This document shows, in pieces, positions 10,401-23,257 of a stretch of DNA of 64,000 nt (its first letter is position 1; each line of letters begins with the position of its first letter). The notes beneath the pieces were generated by a model. It searched no databases. It saw nothing but the letters and a program-made list of their open reading frames with translations, and was not told the origin of the DNA. Origin of the DNA: Ophelia neglecta (lineage: Eukaryota); contig OZ260662.1 of assembly GCA_965285935.1 (NCBI GenBank), positions 14,942,001 to 15,006,000 on the forward strand, in the 5' to 3' direction. Made by a program: the position numbers and the translations under genes.

Positions 10401-13400
10401 ATTAAATCTTTATCCAAAACCAGTCTGTTAGCATGTGGCAACCACGATTTTGCTATTGACATCGTAAAAATAGCATCTACAATGCTAACAACGAACAGGT
10501 GTACAATATTATCACGCCAATAGGCAGACGAGACGGCTGGGGACGCATTTACAGTAATTGGAAAGTAGATTACTGCTGGGACCGGCAGGCCATCAGTAGA
10601 GAATAATAGGGGTTAACTTCTCAAAAATATGAAAAGGGATTGGATATTCGGTGGAAAAAATGTGGCTATAAATTCAGAATGTTTCCCTAAATCGGTACTA
10701 AGTTGGTTCAACGTTCGTGAATATACATTAGTGATTTCCATTAATATCTAGACAGAGAACAACAACATTGGTAAGATCACCCGAAACGAGAAAAACAGCC
10801 CAAGTTTCGAAGTATACACCTTATATGCTGGAGCAATACGTTTATGGTGCCTTTGATTAAAGCAGAGGTGTCGAGCCTTGCGGAGGTAAATCCCGAGATT
10901 AGGACACAATACTTGATCTATATAGACCGGCCCCTTAACCCAAAATTAACTCCTAGCCTTAGCCCTAGACTTGCTGACAATATTTTGCTTTGAGCCACTT
11001 AGAAATACCGAGGACGTGTTTCAATCAATATCCGAATAATGCTATTAATAAGCGAAACACGTAGCTTTAGTTTGTTCTATAAGATAAATTGTATTGAAGT
11101 CGAGGCATATAGTATCTAACGTTTAGACCTCCAATTTATTGAAAATCACTCTAGAGAAATAATCAACACTAAAATGCAATTATACAACCACGGTTTCGAT
11201 ATATCTACTTGATAGCATATCGCTGGGTCAAGGGGATTGTAATATAACTTCCTTTGGTCTTCTTAGACCCCTGTCAAATCTAGTTACTCGTTAATTTGAG
11301 TCTGACAAGGACTGGCTCCCAGGAGATCAATGTTGCCGACAGAGTGACAACGAGCTGTCTAGTGCACATCGTGTTCAATATATTTGAAATAAGTTTTGAA
11401 CATTTGGAGACACGGACATACAGGGAGCATTATAAGATATTGACGCATTTCAATTGATAGGTACTCAGCTAGAACACAAATTAATTAAATAACTCTTTGT
11501 TCTTTGATCAAAAAAATTGAACTCATTTGTTCACAAACCCAATTATTTGCGTTATGGATGTAATAGGATTCTGATATAATGCACTCATATCACAACTGAA
11601 CAAAATTGCATTTCGTTGACCTATATTTCGCCCATCGGCTATTGATAAAACCCTAATCGCGCTGTAAATATTTGAATAGATGGCATCATAAGGTGAAACC
11701 AGTTATTTGTCATCGTGTATGTGGACGTTCATGTTATACTATTGAAGAATCTCACGGGCGACAGATCCATCATTTGGACATTTGTTCATCAATCACAAAC
11801 AGTGTATCTAAAGAGACCATTGAAGCTGAATAGAATTACAAAGTAATCAAATTGTTTCCGTGACAAGGGTTGTCAACCATTGATGCAATGTGCAGCTGAT
11901 CGGGTATTCAAATTGTCTAAAGGGATTGTAGGTTATACGTACATGAAAATAGATCACAGTTAATTGGTGTGTCTTCATGCTCTTGATTAGCCATAAAATT
12001 GCTGTACAAAACGATTTCAATTTCCAAATAAAACGACCGGATTTGTTTTGATCGCTGTAATAAAATGGTAGTCAATTGCTCAAAACATTATGTTAAATCT
12101 TGTCAAATATCCGAAAACGTCGATTTTAATAGATGTGTGACAAACAAGCAAAGTGGTTGATACAAAATGTGTTGCATGCTAACGGTCTATAGTATGGTTA
12201 GTATGTTTTGTATGATTCATTTGGTATGAGAATGCACACGAATTATCTGTCTTCATTTGCCAGCAATAAAAAATGAACTTATATTGAAAGTCTGCGCGTT
12301 TTGTCAGCCTGTTTATTTGAAAAAAAAACATAGAAAATAATATGTACCATTAAGATTATCCCGTTGTAATGGAATGGGTTTGATGATATGCTCCAATAAA
12401 CCCATGGATAATATGTATTGATTAAATAATCATACAACCCTTAATTCATAACAATTTAGTGAATAATCATATGTGGTTTCATACTGTGCAAGGCGCCAAC
12501 CCTGCAATAAAACTGTACTAGCTAAATTTGCAAATATATTTGCATTATCCGGACATTTTTTCCGAGTGGTCCAGGCCGCCATTAGCAAGGCGGGAAAGAA
12601 GCCCTGGTAGTGCTCTGTCCTCATTCCGTCTGGATCTATCGGTACACTGACATGGCCAATATCTCTAAATTGCATTATGTAGGCAAGTGATAAGGTGTTG
12701 TTGCATCCGATCCTGAGGAGTTTCGCTCTAGTAGGGTTAGAGATGTATCTTTTTCACTGCTAAACGACAGAAAAAACATTTTCTTCTTTTTTTTCCTTTT
12801 CCTTGCTCTTATGTCTTATTCATCTTCTTCAAGGAATGGTGTGATGTGACAATTTTGACAAAGAATAACATAGTACGAGTCCTTCAACAGCTATTCCCAA
12901 GAAAACGTATTTACTTTAATGCGTGGTATAATAAAAATATTAAGACAGAAGCAGAGCACATATGCTTATATTGTATACCATATATCGATTACCTAACCGC
13001 ATTTGCAAACACATTGCTATGAATCAAAAAAGAAGAAAATCGATACACTGCTAAGAATTGAGTTATTTTCGGGCTTTGAAATCCACTGAATACAATCAAG
13101 ATATGACCCTCTTTGATCATTGACATTTCATCATTTACGAGTCATTCCATTATTTTTGATGTCAATGATAGTATGTCTCGTATTTTAATTAATTGCATAG
13201 AAGATTAAGGCCATAATACAATGGGATATAGCCCGGTGCTCGGGAGATTATTTCAGTCTTATTGTATCCATAAGGATTACCAATGCCACTCTTACTGGAT
13301 TGCCTCCAATAACAAACAAAGATGACCGATGCTTCTATTGTCTGACTTTTCAGGAAAACGTAAACCATTATCAATGCGCATATATAAAGAACCGTGAGAG

Positions 13401-13590
13401 TTGCTAATGGCTCTCCAGAATACGAAATGGCTGAGATAAAAACGGCTTTTTAGTTTGCGAATAATGTTGAAAAAACTGTTAATAGAAACTAGGCTTCACG
13501 TAATGAATGATTTCCAATACGTTTACAAAAAAAACTTGGTTGAAAAATATCTAGAATTCATATCTGCTTACATATTGAGATTATACACAA

Positions 13591-13697
13591 CAGAAATAAA
13601 TGGGGGTGGATACCCGGCAAACAAAGACAAAATATGAATCTATAATAATCCATTTATCGGTCCGAATTCTTCAGGAACCAGCAACCACTGCACACAC
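13591..13697 (-). repeat. Dispersed repeat family copy A (related copies at ~15817-15880 and 44277-44376, opposite orientation)
   Basis: Shared core GTGG(T/C)TGCTGGTTCCT...ACCGAT..AATGGATTATT...TTTG(T/C)TGCCGGGTATCCAC.CCC. CCTGAAGAATTCGGACC is identical between the reverse complement of copy A and the copy at 15820. Confidence 0.7.
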
Positions 13698-16600
13698 AAA
13701 CATCAATACATCATTTGACAGTAAATAAATTTGTAATGTCAATAATGAAAATATAAAAATGAATTGGAAAACATAAACATAAACAGGAAAAGGCAGTATA
13801 ATTATAAACATACTGTGAAGTAAATCGGAAGTCTGAAAAAATTAAACAGGTATTAAATAATAATTCGACTTTAACCCATACGTCAGGGAAGTGTTTCCTA
13901 CATGTGTAGCTACTGGTATGATCGAGCATTTGGCTTTCCCACCTGGCGAGGGAAAGGGTTAGCTTATTAGTTATTTGGGGGAAGATTATTTTCAGATTTT
14001 CAACCTGCATATTCCTGCAGGCACAAAATAGTCGACCTCACGTTAGGTAGAAATCCGGACGGCGAAATCTAATCGCCTTAGGCGGAAGCCGCCGTGCTCT
14101 TATTTAACACATCTCAAGTCTGATGGGGGGCGGCGGAATGCTAAGCAAATACGTGATGGCTTTGACAAGCCGAGCAAGCAAAAAGGTTTAAAAATAGATG
14201 CCGACCTGCTATTGTTGATGTATGTTTACCCAGTACGATTGGCATTTGACTTGCACTTAGATTGAAAATTAATATTGCACAGAACTGGTGTGCCATAGCT
14301 TTTTTTTGCCCAAAACCGAATCATGTAGTACTTTTGCCCTATAGAAAATAGTTAATTGTCATTGTCTGTACCGCAAGGTTTTTATGGTTGAGCCTTTAAA
14401 AAATGATAGTGCTTCTTTTATCAATAACAAGTTTTGCATGGAACATTATGCTGGAAAGTCAATGTATTCTAATCAAAGTGATTGCTTATGAAGCTGGCCT
14501 GGCAGCTGTATAGCTGAATGATTTCAGTAGATAAACCACATCCGGCCAAAGTGTTTATGGCAGCTCATTTCCTATCAGCTACCAATTTTAAAGGTTGCAT
14601 TGCTATACGATTGCGCCATTTAAATCACAAAATGGCACATTTGGTCTGTTCTGATCGTTAATATATTTCAGGACGCTGGAAATAATACTTGTCTCCAAGA
14701 AATCACTTCGATATTTGCAATACCACGAACTATTGGCCGTATCAGAACAAAATAGATACGGATCGTTATGCAGAGTACAAAAAAAAGGATGAATACATAT
14801 ATATTCGATTGGGGACGAGAAGTGCGTGTATTTTTTGTATGTGAGAGGGGGGGGGGGGGGGTGGCTATTTTCCTGCTACTAAAATGCACCTTTTGCCAAA
14901 TATTGTATTACATGCTCATTTTACTCCACTAAAACGTATGTATATTTAAATATTATCCTCTGCTCAGGTTTAATTGAATTTCCGATGAATAAGGATCGTT
15001 TCAGGTGACATTTGAAGGGAGACTTATTTTTAGTAAAAAAAACCCTAATAAACATGTACAAAGATTGAATAGGTTGTTAATGTCAAGGACAAAGAATTTG
15101 TAAATCAGAAAGAGGCAAAACAACCCTTTCCACTAACCAAATGGAACATGACATAAAAAATATATGATTTAAATTTCCTTTTCAAAGTTCAAAACTTGGT
15201 AACTGATAATATTTGTGGCACAAAAAGCGTTCATATAATATTATGAACAGTATTATTAGTTTCATGAATATCAAGAAGGCAATTTTCTGATTTAATGGAA
15301 TATTCTTGATTAAACATTTTGCTTTGATGCCGGATATTGAATCCCGCGTTTTTGAAATGAGTGATTAATTCCGCTCATAGGAAGGGTAAGGTTTATGTCC
15401 TACTGCTTCATACTGATAAAATATAGTTTATTGCAAACGCGCATGTCCAGTCGCAATAAAACGTGGCTTGTTCACTTCACAGCCTGAGTATTATGCGATT
15501 CCACTATCAATGGGGATTAAAAATAAATTGCCTCCGCCAGTAGACTGCACAGTCATTACTCAGAGATCATGAACATTCCTGAAGGTAGGAAGCCTTATAA
15601 CTAGCAAAGGAATATGGGTTGGTGTTGATTTAAAAGTTAGGGAAAGAGTAACAGTTCAGGTTATTCAAGTCTAGTGGGGGTGTCAATCTCAAAGTCACCT
15701 CCACCTTCGTTAAAACCTTATCGTTTGCTCAGTTATCTGACATCATGGGACGCTATGGACTACTTCTCATAACATTGGATATCCCTTGTTATTTATCAAT
15801 TTAGCAAGTATTGATCGATCCTGAAGAATTCGGACCAATTAAATGGAATAGAGTAACAATATTTAAGGGTTCTGTCTGGAACCCAGGATTGAAGTGCTCA
15901 GCCAACCGTTAATGCATATTATAAGCCACATAAGAGCATTATACAATTTCTGGATATTGCTTTGCTAAGTCTCTTCAATGAATGAATGTAGTAAGCCTTT
16001 GTTATTCTCAGAAGAATACCCAGTCTGTATGTTACAAGCAGAGAATTTTTTTGAAACAAATAAAATACAGCAATCGCTTTTGGATATGTTTCTCAGTACG
16101 TCGTGACAGCTTAATGCACATACAATTAACCCATATGATTGGGACCACATTTATTTTCAAAATATGCATTATTTTTTTTAGAGTTCATTGTCCTTGGAAG
16201 CATAGAGATATGTATTAGCTACATAGATTGATTTAGTTCTTGCGTGTTTCCATTGTCAATACCTCCGCGGATAGAGGGAAATACCAAGGTTTTACAAGTG
16301 GATATGAACTGGACATATTGCGTGTGTCTCGCTAATCAAAAATAGTCCGCAAAATCGGTCGGGAATTCCCAGGATCACCCGTCCCAGGCTAACAATATCA
16401 TACGTTACATACATGTACATCCCCTGCCCCCAAACAGGAAATACACTTAAAATAAATGTAAACAAATGAAATTGATATATGCAATTACATGTTGCCAAAT
16501 GTCTTCCCTGATTGGGTTAAAACGCAAAACAAACGAGTCAGTGTAAAATGTAGCACGATAATAAAATATTATGCAAGAGACGCCCATCGAGATTTATCAT

Positions 16601-17269
16601 AAATTGGAGAATTATGAAGGATTTGTCTTGAAAAACACTATACTACAAAATGATATAATTATTCTTTGCAATTGAACCATAACAAGAACAAATGTATGCT
16701 TTCTCCATGTATGAAACCAAATTTGTGTTTTTTTATTAGTAAAGACAACCTATTTATACATATCACCGGCTCAGGGTTTTCTAATTAATAAGACGATATA
16801 ATAAATAATTATCTCTGATGCCATTAGTTAGAACTTTAGGTACTTAGCCAGTTAAGTCATACCTATATATACAAATATCGTTACAGCTTACAAAAGAATT
16901 CTATTCTATGTGTTTCTAGATGCAATGCAGCTGGGCATTTCTTTATTTATATATATAAATGTTAACGGACACGTTGGAATTTTTCAGTGCTGTCACTCTA
17001 CCTTGTCCAAAATATGAACCGTCTTTAACTGTTTTATTAATCTACACTAAGGTCATTTTGACAGCAGTCACTTTGTTTCCACATCTTATAGATGCGAGTT
17101 AAGCGCGTCTTGTCTATCATCTTGGTCACTATAATGATATTCATTCCCGTGACATGTACAATATTGACAAACAAAATGTTCCGATCACGGATAGCTAGCT
17201 AGATTGTTATTTTGATTTGTTTCTTCGCAATTTATGGTCTCGACGGGCGATTGTATATATAAATATTAC

Positions 17270-17620
17270 TTTTCTCACAGCCAACCGTCTTCATCGTTCA
17301 TTCAGAGAAGAGGGTGATTTGCCGTTTCAAAACTACACTTCATGTGATAACTGAATGCTAAATCTTCTAGACGGCCTCCATTGGCTTAATGCTGAATCAA
17401 AGAACTGGTCCAGATTTCAGATATTTATTGCCCCTCAGTGTCATATCTCTGGATGGTCTTGGACGCCTAATACTTAATAGAGCAATAGAAAAGTCCCCGC
17501 TGAAAGCTTTAGTGTTGGCTGTGCAATTAGGTTTTGTATGAGGCGCCCATCTTGGTCCGATGTACAGCTTTACCCTTTAGGCCCACAACAAAACGACCAC
17601 GGAATATGGTTTTATTATTT
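17270..17620 (+). mobile_element. Highly decayed CR1/L2-type LINE ORF2 C-terminal fragment
   Basis: Collinear remnants across frameshifts: ANRLHR..IQRR..VIC, LLDGLHWLNAESK, SLDGLG..YL, SFSVG. These correspond to the L2/CR1 post-RT motifs LQ.+QN.AAR, L..LHWL, L+GL.P.YL and SFSV. Confidence 0.4.
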
Positions 17621-19318
17621 TCTGAATTGCCTACTGGTCTTACACAGTGTACACATCCATAGAGGATGGGAGTTCAGTTACTTTTGTTCCGTGGGTATGT
17701 GTTCTGATATCGGCAATCACCGATAACATGGACAGAGGCTATTCTTACCCTTAAGTCTTCGCATTGGAATAGTTTTTTCTTGCGGCCTGAATAGAAAGAT
17801 ACTGTTGCAAGGAATCAGTTACAAATCCGCTGTTAAGGCTCATTAATAGGTAGTTTATTTCGTTTTCCTTAGAGAATATAACTTAAGGACTGTGTTTAGA
17901 CGAAGTTGATTCCTATGCATTTATAATTTATTGTCTTTTCTATAAATATTGGTGACAATGCACCAAAACAAATGTAGCTTCTTACCGCTTCAAGAAAAAA
18001 TGTAACTTAAAAAATGACGGACACCACTAATATTTTAGTACACAAGCCAAATAACTAGCTGTAAGTCATGCAATGTTTTTGTGCTCTATTTCTTGGCATC
18101 TTAATTTACTCTGCAGCAATTAGAATTTTGTTGTTTATTATATAAACCTCTGAGTTGTCAGAAAATCTACCTGGATAAACATGTGCCTTGTCTTTTTCAT
18201 TTCTTCGTATTATGGAATATACAATAAAGTATACTTTAAAGCTTTCTCGCGAGAAGCCATGTAGTGATACATGCTTTTTAAAATTCCTGGTCTAAAGGCT
18301 CAACAATAATAGAGTTAAGCAATACAGTTGAGCTCTTTTCCATTTTTTTATCCATTCAGGCATTACGCTCATTACAAAAGAATAATTTATTATTGGTGAG
18401 TATACCCCAAGACGTTTCTTTAAGATTTGACTAAGACTGAAAAGTAACGAGTACGAGCGATATGACGGAGTTTAGTAGCCTCACATGCGGTGAAATAAAA
18501 GTTGTTTATTAAAGATTAACATAATATAAACTAAAAATAGTAATTTGATCTTTGAAAATGTGTTTGAAAAAAGTAGAAGGTTTCCAACAATATCGGCGGC
18601 AAACTTTTTATGATAAGTTATGCTAAGCAATTCTTAAAGCAGGAGGTACAGATTTGGAAATAATAAAGCCTCTGAAATATCAGTCGGTTTCTTAATACCA
18701 TTAAATTGAAAGCTATTTCTTCAATATTGTGATGGATGGAAAGGAATATCTTATGATGCCCAATTAAATCTGACACAACAATAATTTCTACCTGAATAGC
18801 CCACAATAATGTATGGAATGTCTACATAGTCGTTATGATTGGCGCATGGCGCCGTAATCATGCGTAGAAGCTTTCAAGAATCGGCTAAGGAGTGCATTAG
18901 AGATGTTTTAGGTCAGTGCTTAACAACATGGGAATGACAAGACAACCACAGCTGAAACTCCATAAGGCTCCATTTTCCCAAAAAAAAATAACTTGTTTAA
19001 TGGCAAAAACTGATCATTGAAACATGAATAAGGGAGTTAGAGCAGTTCCATAGGCAATTGTTGCAAATTTATACTTTTCAATTTTGCAAAGAACGGTCCA
19101 TTTCGAACTATTACCCTAAACGGGAACGATTATCGTGGCTCAATAATCACATCAAGACATTTCGCATATAATAGTTGTTTAAATCAAATTGTGGGAGAAA
19201 ATCATGCCTGCCTATGCAGTTGATGTGCAAGACGTTATTCGCATGAAACGTTATCCAAATGACACCGCGAAAATTATACGGCATCTTTACCGTGGTCTTG
19301 CATGTAATGAATATACTG

Positions 19319-20168
19319 ATTGGACAACCCACACTAATAAAGTTGGTAACAAAATATCAAAGGCTATTGGAATAATGAACAGGTTAAAGAATATATTGCC
19401 TCGACACATTCTAGTGACTCTTTATAACACATTACTACTGCCTCGCTTTAATTTTTTGTATCCTTGCATGGGGGCTTCAGTTAAATAGATTGACTAGGCT
19501 GCAGGAAAAGGCTACAATATGCTACCCGAATACTTTAGGACGTTTTCTTTTCGAATTAAAGCGGATGTGCATGCATACAATACCAGGCTGAGTGGAAATT
19601 ACCACATTGAAACCACAAGACACAGATTTGCAGATAAATTCATTAGACATAAAATTATTACAACTTTAAATGAAACTCCTGGCTTAATCAAGGACAAGGT
19701 TTATACACACAGTATGACTGGTTTCAGATTGTATGTAAAGAATGCATTTGTGTCTCGGTATGTATCAACATGTGGGGCCACCAGAATGCATTCTGCTGGA
19801 GGAAGCATATATATCGCATTTATTTATCGCATTTATTTATAAGTGTGTGAGAAAAAGGAGGAATGTATGTGATCTCTGAGCCTGCTGTTTGGTGTTTCTT
19901 TTTGTCTTTCTTTCAATTGCATTTTTTGTCCTATGATCCTCTTGACGTTATGTATGAACTGTTATTTTATTAATATATAATTCGGGTGGCTCTCACAGTA
20001 GCGACAAGTACTTGTCTTTGGTGAGAGTCTCCCTGACCTATCCCGTATACAAATGTTTGTATTGTTCATCTTATTATTTCAACATACATGAATATCTACT
20101 TTCTTTTTTTTTCATTTGTAAATTGAATTACCTTTGTAGTAGGTCTAAATAAAATTCGTCTGAATCTG
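19319..20168 (+). mobile_element. 5'-truncated CR1/L2-group (Crack/Daphne-like) LINE: ORF2 C-terminus plus 3'UTR
   Basis: WTTHTNKVGNKISKAIGIMNRLKNILPRHILVTLYNTLLLPRFN/FCILAWG..NRLTRLQEKA, an internal deletion, then MLPEYF...HAYNTR...IKDKVYTHSMTGFRLYVKN. 3'UTR hairpin ~19984-20035, AATAAA 20148-20153, short TCTGAA tail. Possible TACTG TSD (19314-19318 / 20169-20173). Confidence 0.8.
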
Positions 20169-20249
20169 TACTGCAATTTTATTATTTGAGTTTCTAGCTT
20201 TGAAAACGAGAGAGAATACTTATACGACCAACATGGTTAAGGATCTTAT

Positions 20250-22972
20250 TTTGTTATTCATTTGAAAACATAATTTTTAACTGGCGTCTTTCATCATTTA
20301 CATTGAAACGACAAAGGATAGCATTTTCCACAGTTGTGTTGGTCGAATTCCTCAAAACAAGAACAAAAATAAATTCACGTAGCACTTCATCTCTAGTCGT
20401 ATTTTTACAAGTGTGCTTAGTGTTTTTATGTTTCATTTTAGATCTATAAAGGTCACACTCTTGGTTATGTGAGCTGACTCGCATCATGGTTTTACTGCTG
20501 ATTACTATCCACGGCATATAAGTTCACTTTTTATTAATTCACCTAACTTTCAATTTCAGCTTATTTGCGGTTTTTGAGATGTGGATTGACTTGTATCGCC
20601 CAATAGATTATGGTTCCTGAAAATCAGAACGAGTTTATGAAATAATCTTGATAAGCAACTCTTTCTCTGCCTTCTGTGGTATGCTACGTACCAAAGTAAT
20701 TAAGATTCAACCGACGTAATGCAAATGATTCGTATAATTATCCATCTTAAAGCCGGCTTTATTTTATTCGACTTTCTTCGCATAGCTACTTCGTTGGCGC
20801 CGTGTTACAATCTTCCATGATATTCCTTCGCCGGTCTATACACACCGGGTTTCATCATTAATGATCTTGGCTTGCGGTAATTTATCCGCCTGTCTGAACA
20901 AGTATGGGTGCAATGCAGTAAAGCGAAATGGACAAGGATTGTTCGTTAGACCAATTAAAAAAGAAGTACATAGTTCAACATTGCATATATAGGAATTGAG
21001 AGGGAAAACATATACGTTCATAGTCTGCCCAATATAGGGAATAAAAGTTTATTCCTGGATAATGCTGATGATTTATACAACGGTTATTCGACGTTTATTT
21101 CACTCATTTGCACATTTAATTATCAGTGTTTTCGTAAATAATGAGGAAAAAAGCCATCTGTGAAGGTTTTTGTTTACCTCCATTACAGCTTAACTTCTAA
21201 CATAGGAATAACAAAATATTAGCAATTATCTGTATAAGCACTTTATAATACTTGAACCAGTTGGCCATGGATTCCTCTTAAGGTAGAGGGCATATCACTC
21301 ATCGGGTATTTATTTACTCAGTGTCCAGTCAAACCAACACGGATGGAGCTCTAACAATCTGTCCGACTATGGGTGCTGTATAATGCTGGCAAGATATATT
21401 TGATCGGTGTATGACTACACACAAAGGCACTTTCATTCATCATATCCATTTATATTTTGTAAGGCAATAACGCTATAAACTGGTGGTTTACAATATGCTT
21501 TTTATCAATGGTAGAAAATCATTCTTATTCGGTGTCCTTTTTAAACACCGGAAGTTCTAGCTTTTCGCCCATAAACGGGACAAACACACCAAGAGCAGGT
21601 TCCTATTATTCGCAATGGCTTTTGTTTGGTAATAAAACATTGCACTCTTACTCAATCTATCTGTCCTTAAGTAGGGTCTATATTTTTATCACCAGTGTTG
21701 TTCAATGCCTTCATTGGATAAAAACTACATTGCGCTAACGATTTTATGGGTGTATTTTTTTATGGCTCGTATAATGTTCCTAAAAAAATTGGACTGGCCG
21801 GATTACTGAATCCCAATATCAATAGACAGAAACGAAAATAATTCGGTTTTAGCTCGGGATAGTCTGCAAAGTTTGACATTAATTTGTTTTTGTTGCCGCT
21901 TAGGCTTTTAGCGAATATGGCACAAAAGTCTGTAACGCTTGCAAGAGCGCGTAATGCATGACAAGTTGACATGTTTTATCGGTGTTAATGCACCGTTTTG
22001 TTCAACTACCAGAATAAAAAAGGTAACAGAAATGCAACACTGAGTCGAAAGTGATAAAAAATGTATATGCTGGCTGGATATTTAACACAAATAACCCAAG
22101 TACTATGAATTGAACTTGTAAGGAGTCACCCACTGTTAATAATTGGTTAATTGTAATTGTACTGGTTAACAGAATCATTCACCCTAGGGGCCCTGACAGG
22201 CTCTCTCAGACCTGAGTAATTTTAGCATCCCTGAAGTCTGTAAAAGCAATTCTGCTAAATTTCGTAACAATGATTTCATTTGGCTCTGATAATGCCTATA
22301 GGATGTTTATTGTTTTAAACAGTGGTGTTCAGAAAATATATCCTTCACTGAATTCTAACCATACACAAACTGTTTATTTTCACCGCCGATGATCTAGTTA
22401 TTCAGGTAATCTGAGAATATATCAACAATTTGTCTAACTGTCAAGCCATTCCTTGTCGGGGGAATGGTCTGGTAATGTCTGCGAGGTCAAAAGAATAGGA
22501 TGCAAATCTTTAAATTGACAGTCAACGGTGGCTGAAAAAAATAATGCTAGTTCTAGATTTAAACAGAAATACCCATTAATAACATTCATGCGAGAAATAC
22601 AAATTAGAATCTTGACAATACAAAGGGTATGATTTCATGTTCAGAACAAACGTCTTAGGATTTGATCATTTCAATCTGTCAAGTGTGCCCAACGGGTCAA
22701 TTTGCAACATGAGTTTTTTTCTAGTTTTATTGCGACAGCTGCGAATTATCTTGAGCCAAAACTATAGACCAGAAACAATGGTTAACGTACTTATGATTCT
22801 GCTTGAAATGCTAGCACTGACTACTCAACAAGGCAAGCGTGAGAATCTTACACCTGTTATCAGCTCATTAGGCACGGCTATCATGTATGTTTGGTAGTAG
22901 CATTTTATATATATTTAAGTCACAACCCGATTAATGGGCATAATGCATACACTTACAAGAGCTGTGTTAGTA
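20250..22972 (-). mobile_element. Ancient decayed Ty3/Gypsy-type pol remnant (two integrase remnants, then RT and RNase H)
   Basis: Hand translation across stops and frameshifts. IN-1: IAVPNEL, STLTIVSGL*FWLKI, DITRPFP/PTRNG...IVDIFSDY. IN-2: FW*LNKTV..KTCQ/CH, VTDFCAIFAKSLSGNK...FADYPE, KIVS(D)N(G)SF, VYGRKAR, GPY-like. RT: GLTNNPCPFR, KAGFKM..LHYVG. RH-like remnant near 20320-20385. Confidence 0.55.
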
Positions 22973-22977
22973 CATAC
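22973..22977 (+). repeat. Target-site duplication CATAC (left)
   Basis: Identical CATAC at 31705-31709 immediately after the 3' LTR. Confidence 0.85.
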
Positions 22978-23124
22978 TGTAATGTACCTCCTGTTTTTTT
23001 TTGTGTTTTCTTATAATAATTTGTTTTGTAAACCTTTAATGTCACTATGACACCTAGTTATTTCTCAGATTAGTTTCCCTCCATTTTAAACCGGATATGG
23101 ATAAGCCCTGATGCTGCAGCCCCC

Positions 23125-23156
23125 TATAAGTAGATTAGGCATTAGGCGTCAGATTG
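23125..23156 (+). promoter_or_regulatory. LTR core promoter (TATA-like + Inr-like TCAGATT)
   Basis: CCCCTATAAGTA, then TCAGATT with the A at 23151, 26 nt from the first T of the TATA; copy at +7462. Confidence 0.5.
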
Positions 23157-23176
23157 TAGGACTAGCCATTTTGTTA

Positions 23177-23239
23177 TAGGAACATTGCCCCAACTAAGAC
23201 CCCTTAGGAACATTGCCCCAACTAAGAACCATTAGGAAC
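23177..23239 (+). repeat. 28-bp tandem repeat (2+ units) in LTR
   Basis: TAGGAACATTGCCCCAACTAAGA at 23177 and 23205, partial TAGGAAC at 23233; copy in 3' LTR. Confidence 0.9.
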
Positions 23240-23257
23240 CATAATACCGCCAAAGAT

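Noticed and set aside
12571-12607. Nested stems CCAGG/CCTGG and CCGCC/GGCGG followed by GAAA as a hammerhead
   Set aside because: No CUGANGA box in the required position.
13650-15850. Inverted ~30-bp match suggesting TIRs of a 2.2-kb DNA transposon
   Set aside because: A third copy at 44277 shows it is an interspersed repeat core; no TSD or transposase between the two.
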